Source: Candidatus Beckwithbacteria bacterium GW2011_GWC1_49_16
GTDB taxonomy: Bacteria; Patescibacteriota; Microgenomatia; UBA1400; CG1-02-47-37
Direction: 5' to 3'
Length of the DNA stretch: 64,000 bases
Assembly: GCA_001029675.1 (NCBI GenBank)
Contig: CP011210.1
Coordinates: 193-64,192 of the forward strand
How positions within the stretch are numbered: position 1 is the first letter of the stretch; each line of letters begins with the position of its first letter. A program made the translations under genes and the position numbers. This document shows, piece by piece, positions 45,192 through 55,290 of the stretch. The notes beneath the pieces are model-generated. The model searched no databases and was not told the DNA's origin. It worked only from the letters and a program-made list of their open reading frames with translations.

Positions 45192-45874
45192 GCTAAGAAC
45201 AGGTAGGCGTAGGTAGCCAGGGTGAAGATAGTCCAGAGGGGGACCAGTTTGCGGGCGAGATTTTGGCCCAAGGGTTCGGAGAGGCGCACCAGAATGACCC
45301 ATGCGGCAAAGACGGCGGTGATGAGGCCGGTAGGAGGCAGGGGTTTGGGAGAAGAAGCCAGCCAAGTTTTCCAAGCCGAAAAGCGCAGGACGGTTAAGTG
45401 AGTTACGGCCAGGATAAAGGCTAAGCGGGCGCCCCAGTACTGGAATTGCCACCAGCGCTTTTTGCCCAAGGCGTTTACCACCCAGTTGATGGAGACAAGC
45501 ATCAGCAAAGCCATAACTATGAAGCTGGCTAGCCCCGGATAGGCCGACAGCGGCCGGGACTTAAAAACCCCCAACGGACCGCTTCGGGCTAGGGGAAACA
45601 TGACCAAATAAAGGTGAACCGCCGCCAGCCAGAAGGCTAATACCCCTAGCTCTTTGCGAAAGACCAGCCAGCGGTCAAAGCGGGCGTAAAGCCGGCTTAA
45701 GGGGCCTAATAAAAGCACCAGGCCCAGAAGGGTGATAGAGCCGGAGGCGAGGCCGAGGTTTAAAAATCTTAAGCTTACAGGCTTGCCGGCGGCGGCCAAA
45801 GTGACGACGCCGGTGACTAGACCCAAAGCGATCAAGAAAGCGATCAGGTATTGGCGCAGTGACTCCTTGAGCAT
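45188..45874 (-). CDS. Ferric-reductase-like / MsrQ (YedZ)-like heme-binding membrane protein
   Basis: Six transmembrane helices with conserved His residues (AAVHLYLVMF, AVTHLTVL). Confidence 0.5.
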   Translation of the reverse strand: MLKESLRQYLIAFLIALGLVTGVVTLAAAGKPVSLRFLNLGLASGSITLLGLVLLLGPLSRLYARFDRWLVFRKELGVLAFWLAAVHLYLVMFPLARSGPLGVFKSRPLSAYPGLASFIVMALLMLVSINWVVNALGKKRWWQFQYWGARLAFILAVTHLTVLRFSAWKTWLASSPKPLPPTGLITAVFAAWVILVRLSEPLGQNLARKLVPLWTIFTLATYAYLFLA

Positions 45875-46113
45875 GTAAAAATAGTTTAGCAGATTGTGTT
45901 ATATTTTATTAAACATGTGTTTTGTGATGCCGCTTAGAGTTAAATCAATCAAAAAGGGAAAGTTTATCATGGAAACTGGAAGGGCAGTGGAGCAGGCGTT
46001 TGCCGGTAAAGTGAAAGTGGGCGATTATCTTATATGTCAACAAGACATGGCGGTGGAGAAGGTTAATCAAACGGCCGCCCGCGCCATGCGCCAGGCGATA
46101 AAAGGGGTAAGCG

Positions 46114-47010
46114 ATGAACAAAACTGACGGCGTGAAGCTGGCTTTGGCCACCGCCGGCTTTTCCGGGGCGGCGGTGTTTATTAATGGTCTAGTAGTTAAA
46201 GCCGTCGGTGACGCCCTGGTGTTTACCACCTTGAAAAACTTGGGGGTAGCCCTGGTGGTAGCGGCCATGCTTTTGAGTCGAGGCGTTGACTGGCGCCAAG
46301 TGAGACAAAACTGGTTTAAGCTTTTGGCGATCGCGGTGATCGGCGGCAGTCTGCCGTTTTATTTATTTTTTGAGGGGTTGAGGCAGGCGGCTTCGGTCAA
46401 CGCCGCACTTATCCACAAGACCCTGGTGTTTTGGGTGGCTTTGTGGGCAATACCGGTGTTAAAAGAAAAAGTATCTTTAAAGCAACTTTTGGCTTTGGGG
46501 CTTATCTTTGGTAGTAACTTGGTGATAGGGGGGTATCAGGGTTTGGTGTGGGGGAGAGGCGAGACGATGATTCTTGCGGCGACTATTTTGTGGGCGGTAG
46601 AAAACGTCATCGCCAAAGTGGCGCTGCGGCAAGTGGCGGTAGACACGGTGGTGGGAGCGAGGATGATTTTGGGATCAATTTTATTGCTTTTGGCCACTTT
46701 AGCTACGGGTAAAATGGGTTTGATTTTTAAGCTTAGCATCGGCCAGTGGGGGTTGACGGCGGTTTCGGTGGGGCTGCTTGCCGGTTACGTTCTAAGTTGG
46801 TATCGGGCATTAAAGCAAGCACCGGTGACGCTGGTGGCTACAGTCTTGACTTTGGCCACTTTAGTGACCAACGGACTGTCGGCGATATTTGTTACCCACA
46901 ATCTTAATCTTGGCTTTATATATCAGTCTGTTCTCTTGGTAGCCGGAGCCTGGTTTTTTTACACAGAAGCTAAAAGGTTGAGGGATGAAGGGCGTTTTGC
47001 GCTGCGCTAG
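46114..47010 (+). CDS. EamA/DMT-family transporter
   Basis: Ten transmembrane helices in duplicated EamA halves. Confidence 0.75.
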   Translation: MNKTDGVKLALATAGFSGAAVFINGLVVKAVGDALVFTTLKNLGVALVVAAMLLSRGVDWRQVRQNWFKLLAIAVIGGSLPFYLFFEGLRQAASVNAALIHKTLVFWVALWAIPVLKEKVSLKQLLALGLIFGSNLVIGGYQGLVWGRGETMILAATILWAVENVIAKVALRQVAVDTVVGARMILGSILLLLATLATGKMGLIFKLSIGQWGLTAVSVGLLAGYVLSWYRALKQAPVTLVATVLTLATLVTNGLSAIFVTHNLNLGFIYQSVLLVAGAWFFYTEAKRLRDEGRFALR

Positions 47011-47716
47011 GTATGCCTTTGCGCCCAACCGGTTAAAGTACTGCGGGCCGGATAAAAATAACCAGGTGGCGGCGTATTTGGCGGCAGGGGTGGAAGACGC
47101 GGGGTTGAAAGAAATTTTGGATGATTTTGCCGGCATGTACCCCTACCTGAAGTTAATTGGCGACAGCAATGGTTTGGGTCCGTTTGACGACAAAGTGGTC
47201 GAGGCCTACTGGATCGGCAGTAAGTTACTCGATGGGGTGGGGCTGAAGCAGTTTTATGACCATTTAAACGAGAGGCTGAAAAAACGGTTGAGCCTGGGGC
47301 AGTTGAAATGGGTGGTTAACAAAGTGCCCCAAGGGGCCAAAGCCCACCACAGCTTCCACGTGTTTAACATTTGGAATCGAACCGGGCACCAAGAGAGTCA
47401 ACATACGGTGAGCTCGATGGACGCTTGTAGAATCTCGTGGGGCGAAGTGGTGTCAAACGGTCAGCTAGGGCAGAGTGAACTGCGCCTCAAAACGCAAAAA
47501 TTAGTTTACGAAAATGGCAAGTTGAAGCTCGTGCCGGAGGTGGTGAGGCAGGTTAGTTGGCGGCTGGGGGACAAAAAGCTTATTTCCGGACTCAAAGCCG
47601 GCGATTTAGTTACTATGCATTGGGGCTGGGTGTGTGAGAAGATTTCGCTTCAACAGGCGAAAAACTTAGAAAAATACACCAAGTGGCATTTGAAGTTGGC
47701 GAATACTACAATTTAG
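46985..47716 (+). CDS. Hypothetical protein
   Basis: 243-aa ORF. No family recognised. Confidence 0.45.
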   Translation: MKGVLRCARYAFAPNRLKYCGPDKNNQVAAYLAAGVEDAGLKEILDDFAGMYPYLKLIGDSNGLGPFDDKVVEAYWIGSKLLDGVGLKQFYDHLNERLKKRLSLGQLKWVVNKVPQGAKAHHSFHVFNIWNRTGHQESQHTVSSMDACRISWGEVVSNGQLGQSELRLKTQKLVYENGKLKLVPEVVRQVSWRLGDKKLISGLKAGDLVTMHWGWVCEKISLQQAKNLEKYTKWHLKLANTTI

Positions 47717-47760
47717 GTTGGGCTCGGCAGCTATGGTATACTATAGGTTAGATAAAGTTT

Positions 47761-48975
47761 ATGACAGAACTTGTTGGCAATTATCCAGACGGGTTAGGCG
47801 AGAGACTGGGAGTGGATTTCGACCATAAGTTACTTTTTAGATTGAATCCGAAAATACATCGTGATCTATTTAAAGAAGAAGACATTAAAGCCAGATTCGA
47901 TGCTTTAAAGCCGGGTGAGAGTCTTTTTGCAGTGAGGTATCTTTCTAACAGTCTTACCAAAGAAGGCTTTTTTGAGTTAGCGACAGACCCCTCAGTTGGT
48001 TTAGACGAGCTGATTAAATGGCAGAAGAGACGAGTTTATTTATCTAAAGATATTTTTCCAGTTGAGTCTGAATTTTTTAGATTTGACCCCGACTCATGGC
48101 AGTCTGTGAGTAAACTTGATCGACTCCAAAGCGACGAAAGGTTTAGCCGGCTCGACTTGCGACCTGATGTCAGTAGGCACTTTTTGCCTTTAACCTTATT
48201 CGAAAGAACTAGTCCTTATGATGGTTGGTTAAATGTTGTCTTTGCCTGGAGTCTGACGCAGACGGATTTTCATGAACTAGGATTGACAAATGCGGCTAGT
48301 TTAGAAGCCTATGCAGAGGGTCAGGGTTCGGCAGTTGGCTGGGAAGCTTTGAAGTTTGGTTTAGCAGACTTGACTAGCAAAGTTTTAGTGAATGAGTTTA
48401 TTGAAAAGGGTTTGTTGCCTCCTGAGGGGTTGGAGGCGTTTTACTCTAATTCAGCTTTTTGGTTAAGGGAGGCAGCGGTTAAGTTTTCCTTTGGAAAAAA
48501 TTTAACTCCGCAAGGTATTTATCCATACTTGACTCACGAGTTACCCCGTTTGGATTTTTTGCCATACTTAGCCCAAAACCTGTTGGGGTATATGGTTGGT
48601 ATTCCGCAACACTTAAAGGCTGGGCAGGTGTTTAGCCCTCAGGCAATGCACTCTTTAATTAGCGAATTTAATGATTTTGGAGAAAGGGTAGTTAAAGAAG
48701 CAAGGGTCTACCAGCCGGAGGGATTGACAGGGTTAGATTGGATAGATATTAAATCAGCTCAGTGGTATATAAAAGCGATGATTGGGGTAAAGGACTATAT
48801 ATTGAGAAGAAATGAGCTTTGGGATAAGAGGACAGACGAGATGTATGTTCAAGAAGAAGGGGTGATCCCAGAAGTTGCCGGATTAAGACAGGAAATTTTA
48901 GCCAGCGGGGGTGATGTTTCTAAAACACGAATAGGTTTTGATGTTAAATACCGGTTGCAACCCGGGACGGAGTAA
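47761..48975 (+). CDS. Hypothetical protein (AT-rich)
   Basis: 404-aa ORF, noticeably AT-richer than the flanking genes. Confidence 0.5.
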   Translation: MTELVGNYPDGLGERLGVDFDHKLLFRLNPKIHRDLFKEEDIKARFDALKPGESLFAVRYLSNSLTKEGFFELATDPSVGLDELIKWQKRRVYLSKDIFPVESEFFRFDPDSWQSVSKLDRLQSDERFSRLDLRPDVSRHFLPLTLFERTSPYDGWLNVVFAWSLTQTDFHELGLTNAASLEAYAEGQGSAVGWEALKFGLADLTSKVLVNEFIEKGLLPPEGLEAFYSNSAFWLREAAVKFSFGKNLTPQGIYPYLTHELPRLDFLPYLAQNLLGYMVGIPQHLKAGQVFSPQAMHSLISEFNDFGERVVKEARVYQPEGLTGLDWIDIKSAQWYIKAMIGVKDYILRRNELWDKRTDEMYVQEEGVIPEVAGLRQEILASGGDVSKTRIGFDVKYRLQPGTE

Positions 48976-48980
48976 CTTAG

Positions 48981-49370
48981 ATGTTGGTATCGGTTTTTGG
49001 CAACCCGGATTTAAAGGAAGATAGTTTGGTGGTGGGGTTGGTGCCGCAATTGCGCCGCCAGTTTCCTGGTGTTGAGTTTCGCATTGAGGATCCAAGCGAG
49101 GGACTGGCGCCACCCGAAGATGATTTGTGGGTGATTGTGGATGTGGCCGGTGGCATCGATGGGGTCAAAGTGCTTGACGACTTGGAGAGGCTTGACAGTC
49201 TGCGGCGGGCCAGCGTTCATGATTATGATTTGGCGATGGAGTTAAAGTTGTTGGCAAAACTGGGCAGGCTCAAAAAGTTTAAGATCATCGCCGTGCCTGT
49301 AGGAATGAGACAAAATGCTGCCCTGCAGGGAATTATAAAGGTTTTACAAGAAATTTCTAATTCCAGTTAA
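48981..49370 (+). CDS. Hydrogenase maturation endopeptidase (HycI/HybD family)
   Basis: MLVSVFGNPDLKEDSLVVGL...DDLWVIVDVAGGID is the family pattern. Confidence 0.7.
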   Translation: MLVSVFGNPDLKEDSLVVGLVPQLRRQFPGVEFRIEDPSEGLAPPEDDLWVIVDVAGGIDGVKVLDDLERLDSLRRASVHDYDLAMELKLLAKLGRLKKFKIIAVPVGMRQNAALQGIIKVLQEISNSS

Positions 49371-50697
49371 TTTTCAAAAAGTGGCTGGCGCAGGACATGC
49401 AGGGGTCATAGGCGCGGATTAAGACTTCCATGTCGTGGGTGAGTTCTTGTTTTAATTCCACTCCGGGAGAGTCCATTCGGCCACTCCCGGAGTGTTTTTT
49501 CCCGGTGTGTTGTTGGAGTTTCCGGTTGACAAGGATTTTAAGGTCGTTTTCGATGTTTAATTGATTTTGGCCGGTGGGGACTAAGATTTCTGCGTCTTTG
49601 ACCACATTGTCTTCAATCGTCAGGCGGTGATAAAGAATACCCCGGGGGGCCTCGATGACGCCAAAGCCGGTACCCGAAATGACGGCAGGTTTAACCGGCG
49701 GTTCGGGGTTAAAACTGGTAGAAGATAAGATGGCAATAGAGTCGTCGATGGCATTTAAGATCTCGATGGCTTGGGCCAGGTTGTTGTGGTAGAGATTGTC
49801 GGAGGGGAATTTTTGTAAAGCCTGCGCGGCGTCTTTTTGGGTTTGGGGGTTTAAGGAGGCCTTATTGAGATTGAGTCGGGCCAAGGCGCCGGTCATGTAG
49901 AACCCCTTTTTGTAGGTGTAGGCAGAGGCGTGGGAGTAGGGCAGGTCGACTCGATTAAGTTGGCCGCGGTAGTCTTCGCTGGGAATGTTGATGCCGTCGG
50001 TAGAGACTATTTGGCCGGCAAGGAACGAGTAATTTTCTCCCCTTAAAGCCAGATAGGGGATGTGTTGGGTTTGATTTAGGGGGGCTTTGAGAAAAGTGTC
50101 GATGAGGTTGAGGACGGCCGGGCGGACGGCGGTAAGTTTGGCTATAATTTCTTTTTGTTTTTCCGGGTCAGGGAATTTTAAAAAGCCGCCGACGGTGGGA
50201 TAGGGGGCGTGAACGCTTCTGCCGCCGGTGAGAATAGACAGGTTGTTGCCGGCGTCTTTGACGGCAAAGGCGTCGTGCAAGAGTTGGTGCTGGCGGGGGT
50301 CTTGGTCGTCAAAATCTAGGAGTGAATCTTTTTGGAAGAGGTCGGGGAGGACGAAGATGTAAAGATGGAGGGCATGGTCTCGAATAATCAAACCATTTAC
50401 CACCAGGCGGCGCAAGATTAAGGTTTGAGGCGAGGGAGTAATTTTGAAAGCGTTTTCGACGGCTTTGATGGCAGCCAGAATGTGGGCATTACTACAGGTG
50501 CCGCAGATTCTGGCCAAAAGCGTCGGTGCGGCCAGCGCCGCTTTGCCGCGGATGGCTTGGGTGTAAAATCTTTTGTATTCGGTGATTTTGAAGTTTAATT
50601 TTTCGACTTGGCCGTTTCTGATGGTGAGGTCCAGGCCGGCACCGCCTTCGATTTTGCTGATTTCTTCTAAAGAGAGATCGAGGTTAATTTGGTGCAT
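49357..50697 (-). CDS. [NiFe]-hydrogenase large (catalytic) subunit, group 3-like
   Basis: N-terminal RICGTCSNAH and C-terminal DPCMSCASH, which are the Ni-Fe ligand motifs. Confidence 0.88.
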   Translation of the reverse strand: MHQINLDLSLEEISKIEGGAGLDLTIRNGQVEKLNFKITEYKRFYTQAIRGKAALAAPTLLARICGTCSNAHILAAIKAVENAFKITPSPQTLILRRLVVNGLIIRDHALHLYIFVLPDLFQKDSLLDFDDQDPRQHQLLHDAFAVKDAGNNLSILTGGRSVHAPYPTVGGFLKFPDPEKQKEIIAKLTAVRPAVLNLIDTFLKAPLNQTQHIPYLALRGENYSFLAGQIVSTDGINIPSEDYRGQLNRVDLPYSHASAYTYKKGFYMTGALARLNLNKASLNPQTQKDAAQALQKFPSDNLYHNNLAQAIEILNAIDDSIAILSSTSFNPEPPVKPAVISGTGFGVIEAPRGILYHRLTIEDNVVKDAEILVPTGQNQLNIENDLKILVNRKLQQHTGKKHSGSGRMDSPGVELKQELTHDMEVLIRAYDPCMSCASHFLKINWN

Positions 50698-51154
50698 GGA
50701 TTAATTTATTAATTAGGCTTAAGAATTTTTGTTCATCCATGGGGCAGCCGGGGACTGAGTGGTCGACGGCGACGAGGTCGGAGAGTTTTTGGACTTTGTC
50801 GGCGTAGTCAAAGCGCTCCAGAATGGTTTTTATTTCAGCCTTTTGGGTTTGGTTAAACTCGTTTCTTTGGGCCGAGGGTTGGCCGGTGATGGCGCAGGAG
50901 CCGATGGCGACTAAAATCTTAGCCAGGGAGCGAATCTGTTTGAGTTTTTGACTCTGCTTTACAGAGGAGATGGCCCCCTCGACAAAGGCGACATCCATGG
51001 GCCCCAAATCAACCGAGCGGCGTAAAGTTTTGGCGTATTTAAAGTCGATTTTTTTGGTCCAGTCCTGCCAGTGTTGGTTTAAAAGTTCGGTGAAGATGAT
51101 GGTGGAGTCTTCGCAGCAGGTGAAAGTGAACCAGCCGACGGTTAGTTTAGCCAT
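50684..51154 (-). CDS. [NiFe]-hydrogenase small subunit (short, MvhG/HydD-like)
   Basis: FTCCEDS...GSCAITG...GCP are the proximal-cluster Cys motifs; it overlaps the large-subunit gene. Confidence 0.8.
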   Translation of the reverse strand: MAKLTVGWFTFTCCEDSTIIFTELLNQHWQDWTKKIDFKYAKTLRRSVDLGPMDVAFVEGAISSVKQSQKLKQIRSLAKILVAIGSCAITGQPSAQRNEFNQTQKAEIKTILERFDYADKVQKLSDLVAVDHSVPGCPMDEQKFLSLINKLIHAPN

Positions 51155-51172
51155 AGATAAAGTGTAGCAAAT

Positions 51173-52156
51173 TTGCTATATTCAGGATACTTTATGGAGA
51201 ATAGCTTAACGCTAGCCCTGTCCCATGCCACAGAGGTCGGAGCGATCGGCGCGGCTAGGGCGGCTGGGTTTGGCGATAAGAAGGGAGCGGATCGGGCAGC
51301 GGTTAAGGCGATGAGAAAGTTTTTCAATACGGTTGAGTTTAACGGTCGGGTAGTGATTGGCGAGGGGGAGAAGGATGAGGCGCCGATGCTTTATATCGGC
51401 GAAAAACTGGGAACGGGCAAGGGGATGGCGGTGGATATTGCGGTGGATCCTTTGGAAAACACTAACGCCACGGCTACTTTAGGCCCGAGGGCGATTTCGG
51501 TGCTGGCGGCAAGCGAGCGGGGGGGTTTGTTTCACTGCCCGGAAGTATATATGGACAAATTGGTGGTGGGCTCAGAGGCGGCGGGCAAGGTACACCTTGA
51601 CGTTAAACCCAAGGCCAACTTAAAAGCGCTGGCCCGCGCTTTAAACAGAGAGATACGAGATTTAGTGATCGTGGTTTTGGAGCGGGATAGAAACGAGGAG
51701 CTGGTAGCTAAAATTCGTGAGGCGGGAGCGAGAGTTAAACTCATTCCAGACGGCGACCTGATGCCGGGGATCGCCGCTTGTATGCGGGGGACCGGCGTGC
51801 ACGCGGTCATGGGCATTGGCGGGGCGCCGGAGGGGGTGGCGACAGCGGCGGCGATTCGGTGTCTTAAAGGTGAGCTTCAGGCCAGGTTTTGGCCCAAGAG
51901 CCAGGAAGAGGTAGATAAAATCAGAAAGATGGGCAAGTCAGAAAAAAAAGTTTATAGTCACGAGGATTTGGCCAGCGGCAAGCAAGTAATTTTTTGTGCC
52001 ACCGGAGTAACCAACGGTGATGTTTTACGCGGGGTGAGGTTTTTTGGCGGAGGGGCCAGAACCCACAGCTTGGTGATGAGCACCCAGACGGAGAAGGTAC
52101 GCTTTATCGATACTACCCATGTCTTTTCCAAAAAAGATATCAATTATCGCCTTTAA
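51173..52156 (+). CDS. glpX: Fructose-1,6-bisphosphatase class II
   Basis: Whole-length GlpX similarity (ATEVGAIGAARAAG, DPLENTNATATLG). Confidence 0.93.
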   Translation: MLYSGYFMENSLTLALSHATEVGAIGAARAAGFGDKKGADRAAVKAMRKFFNTVEFNGRVVIGEGEKDEAPMLYIGEKLGTGKGMAVDIAVDPLENTNATATLGPRAISVLAASERGGLFHCPEVYMDKLVVGSEAAGKVHLDVKPKANLKALARALNREIRDLVIVVLERDRNEELVAKIREAGARVKLIPDGDLMPGIAACMRGTGVHAVMGIGGAPEGVATAAAIRCLKGELQARFWPKSQEEVDKIRKMGKSEKKVYSHEDLASGKQVIFCATGVTNGDVLRGVRFFGGGARTHSLVMSTQTEKVRFIDTTHVFSKKDINYRL

Positions 52157-52165
52157 GGAGGGTTT

Positions 52166-53167
52166 ATGAACAAGACGAAGTTAGCTCAAACTGCCAAAAA
52201 GTTAGCGGCCCGGGGGAAGGGGATTTTGGCGGCAGACGAGAGCTCGGGGACGATTGAGAAGAGATTTAAGGATATCAATTTGCCCTCGACGGAAACAAAT
52301 CGACGGAATTGGCGGGAACTCTTGTTTACGGCGCCGGGGCTGGAGAAGTTTATCAGCGGGGTAATTTTGTTTGACGAAACGATCAGGCAGAAGGCTAGCA
52401 GTGGAACGGCTTTTGCCAAACTACTGAAAAGAAAAGGGGTAATTCCGGGGATCAAAGTGGACCAAAAGTCTCACTCTTTGGCCAACTTTTCTGAAGAAGA
52501 GGTAACCGAGGGTTTAGACGGCTTGCGGGACAGGTTGGCAGAGTATGCCAAATTGGGAGCAGAGTTTACTAAGTGGCGGGCGGTGATCACCATGGGCAAA
52601 GGTTTGCCGACAGATGAAGCGATTGGGGCTAACGCTCACGCACTAGCTCGCTACGCGGCTTTATCTCAAGAGGCCGGTTTGGTGCCGATCGTGGAACCGG
52701 AAGTGTTGATGAAAGGAACCCACACCATAGCGGCTCACGAGAAGGCTTCGAGGCGGACCTTGATGATTGTCTTCGATGAGCTGAAAAAGTACCGGATTTA
52801 TCTTCCGGGAATGCTCTTAAAAACCAACATGGCGGCCTCCGGGCTTGAGGCTAAGGCCCAAGCCAGCCCCAGACTGGTGGCTCAAGCCACCATCAGGCTG
52901 TTTAGAAAGACCGTTCCCGGCTCAGTGCCGGGAATTATGTTTTTGTCGGGGGGCTTGAGCCCGGAACAGGCTACGGTGAATCTTAACGCCATCAACAAAT
53001 TCTCCGGTCGGCGGATGCCCTGGGAGTTGTCTTATTCTTACGGCCGGGCGCTGCAGGGCGAGGCCTTGGAGATTTGGGGCGGTAGACCCAAAAATGTGGC
53101 CGCGGCCCAAAGGGCGTTTTTGGATAGGGCGGAGAAAGTGGCCTCGGCCCGGGAGGGCCAGTTATAA
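52166..53167 (+). CDS. fba: Fructose-bisphosphate aldolase, class I
   Basis: GKGILAADES and IPGIKVDQ, with the Schiff-base Lys region and a class I layout. Confidence 0.88.
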   Translation: MNKTKLAQTAKKLAARGKGILAADESSGTIEKRFKDINLPSTETNRRNWRELLFTAPGLEKFISGVILFDETIRQKASSGTAFAKLLKRKGVIPGIKVDQKSHSLANFSEEEVTEGLDGLRDRLAEYAKLGAEFTKWRAVITMGKGLPTDEAIGANAHALARYAALSQEAGLVPIVEPEVLMKGTHTIAAHEKASRRTLMIVFDELKKYRIYLPGMLLKTNMAASGLEAKAQASPRLVAQATIRLFRKTVPGSVPGIMFLSGGLSPEQATVNLNAINKFSGRRMPWELSYSYGRALQGEALEIWGGRPKNVAAAQRAFLDRAEKVASAREGQL

Positions 53168-53175
53168 ATAAATTC

Positions 53176-53964
53176 TTGAAAACTGTGAAGATGTATAGAC
53201 AAGACAGCTGGTCTATTGCTGGGAAAAGGTTTAATTCTAGACTGTTGCATTGTTTTGGAAACGCAACAGATAAGATAGATTTAAAAACGGCTGTTGGGTT
53301 TATAAACAGAACAGAAACAGATTTTTTAACTGTTTATACCCAGGGAAGCTTAGATGATTTTAAGGACGCGGAAGAATTACCGATGGGGTACTCTGGGATA
53401 AGCTATGGAGATATTAAGCATTGGCTTAAGAGAAAATATACTATTTTGGTGAATACAAATCATGCATTAAGCGTAGAAGAGGCCGTGAAGAGGGGAGAGT
53501 TAGGCAGCAGGTTGTTAAAAAGCAGATGGATTAAGTTAGAGGTTTTGAATAAGAAATTGACCAGGCCGATGAATAAAAAGACAGCGAGGGCGGCTAAAAT
53601 ATTACTAAAAAAAGGTTATTTGGTAATGCCATTAATGACAGCTAATTTGAAAGATGCGTTAAGATTTGAAAAAATTGGTTGTAGTGTAGTTCGAGTTTTA
53701 TTGAGCGATATTGGATCGGAGCAGGGAATGAAAGATGAAAAACTGTTTAGAAAAATTTGTGAGAGAGTAACTATTCCGGTAATTGCAGAGGGGGGAATAG
53801 GTGGATCTGAAGATGCTTATAAGGCAATGGCGGTAGGAGCTTCGGCGGTGTTGGTAAATAAGTCATTATTTAGCTACCAGGACCCGTTTTTGTTTGTGGA
53901 GGCCTTGAAAAGTTCTATCAAGGGTGGGAGGTTAACATATTTGTGTAATCAGCAAAAATATTAA
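53176..53964 (+). CDS. thiG: Thiazole synthase ThiG-like (orphan, AT-rich)
   Basis: IAGKRFNSRLL, IKLEVL, GYLVMPL...IGSEQG and IPVIAEGGIGGSEDAYKAMAVGASAVLVN align with the ThiG blocks. Confidence 0.7.
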   Translation: MKTVKMYRQDSWSIAGKRFNSRLLHCFGNATDKIDLKTAVGFINRTETDFLTVYTQGSLDDFKDAEELPMGYSGISYGDIKHWLKRKYTILVNTNHALSVEEAVKRGELGSRLLKSRWIKLEVLNKKLTRPMNKKTARAAKILLKKGYLVMPLMTANLKDALRFEKIGCSVVRVLLSDIGSEQGMKDEKLFRKICERVTIPVIAEGGIGGSEDAYKAMAVGASAVLVNKSLFSYQDPFLFVEALKSSIKGGRLTYLCNQQKY

Positions 53965-54008
53965 TAAGTAGATATATAAACAGGAGGTTCGCCTGAGGCG
54001 AAGTAAGC

Positions 54009-55241
54009 ATGATTGATAAAAAGACATTACGGGACGTCGAGTTGACCGGTAAACGGGTGATTCATCACTGCGACTTTAACATCAAGTTAAAGCAGAATGG
54101 CGTGGGGCAAACGGTGCCGGTGTCGGATGTAAGGATCAAGGCTTACTTTCCGTCGATTTTTTATTTACTGGAAAAAAAGTGCAAGATTATTTTTATTTCG
54201 TATCTGGAACGGCCGGGAGGAAAAGTGGTGGAGGAGTTGAGGATGAAGCCGATTGCTAGGCGCTTATCAGAGCTTATTAACCGCGAAGTGAAGTATTTGC
54301 CCGAGACGGTGGGGCCTGATGTCAAAAAGTTTATCGACAAAATGCGTCCCGGGGAGATGGTGATGTTGGAGAATACCAGATTTTATCCGGGTGAAGAGGC
54401 TGATGACGATAAGTTTGCCAAGGCGCTAGCGGCAAACGGCGACCTGATGGTGGAGGATGCTTTTGGCCACTGCCACCGGGTGCACGCCTCGACCACCGGT
54501 ATTCCCAGGCACATTCCGGCAGTGGCGGGGTTGTACCTTGAAGGTGAGATGCAGACTTTTGATAAGTTAAAGAAAGACCCGAAAAGGCCCTTGGTGTTGA
54601 TTGTGGGAGGAACCAAGACTTATGACAAGATCCTGGCGGTGAGATACCTGATTGACCGGGCCGACCAGGTTTTAATCGGCGGAGCGGTGGCCAACATTTT
54701 TCTTAAAGCCCGCGGGGTGGATGTGGGCAGTTCGTTTATGGAAGAACCGTTTGTGGACAAGGCCAAAGGGACGAGGATCGACCCGGTAGATGAGGCTAAA
54801 AGACTGATGGAAAAGTATCCTGGTAAGATAATTTTGCCCGACGACTATGTGGCGGCCGACTCGGCCGAGAAACCGAAAAAGAAAAAAGTGATTGATTTTA
54901 AAAAGGGTCAAAAGCTGCCAACCGGTTGGGCTTTTTTGGATATCGGGCCGAGGACCATCAAGGAGAACTTGAGGATAATCAAGCAAGCCAAAACCGTTTT
55001 CTGGGACGGGCCGATGGGTAAATACGAGGATGCCAGGTTTCGCGCCGGAACGCTGGAGTTGGCCGAGGCGGTGGCCGAGAACGACAAAACGACGATTTTA
55101 GCCGGAGGCGACACGGCGGCCTTGGCGGAGAACTTCGGTCTTATCTTCCGTTACACCCACGTATCGATTGCCGGGGGAGCCACGCTAGAGTATCTGGCCG
55201 ATAAACCCATGCCGGGGATCGAGGCGTTGCTGGATAGGTAA
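54009..55241 (+). CDS. pgk: Phosphoglycerate kinase
   Basis: N- and C-domain PGK motifs (VLIVGGTKTYDKI, LAGGDTAA). Confidence 0.93.
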   Translation: MIDKKTLRDVELTGKRVIHHCDFNIKLKQNGVGQTVPVSDVRIKAYFPSIFYLLEKKCKIIFISYLERPGGKVVEELRMKPIARRLSELINREVKYLPETVGPDVKKFIDKMRPGEMVMLENTRFYPGEEADDDKFAKALAANGDLMVEDAFGHCHRVHASTTGIPRHIPAVAGLYLEGEMQTFDKLKKDPKRPLVLIVGGTKTYDKILAVRYLIDRADQVLIGGAVANIFLKARGVDVGSSFMEEPFVDKAKGTRIDPVDEAKRLMEKYPGKIILPDDYVAADSAEKPKKKKVIDFKKGQKLPTGWAFLDIGPRTIKENLRIIKQAKTVFWDGPMGKYEDARFRAGTLELAEAVAENDKTTILAGGDTAALAENFGLIFRYTHVSIAGGATLEYLADKPMPGIEALLDR

Positions 55242-55290
55242 ACTTATGATAAACTCCTCCTTTGGAGGTAGGAGTTTGTCCTAAAGTGCT

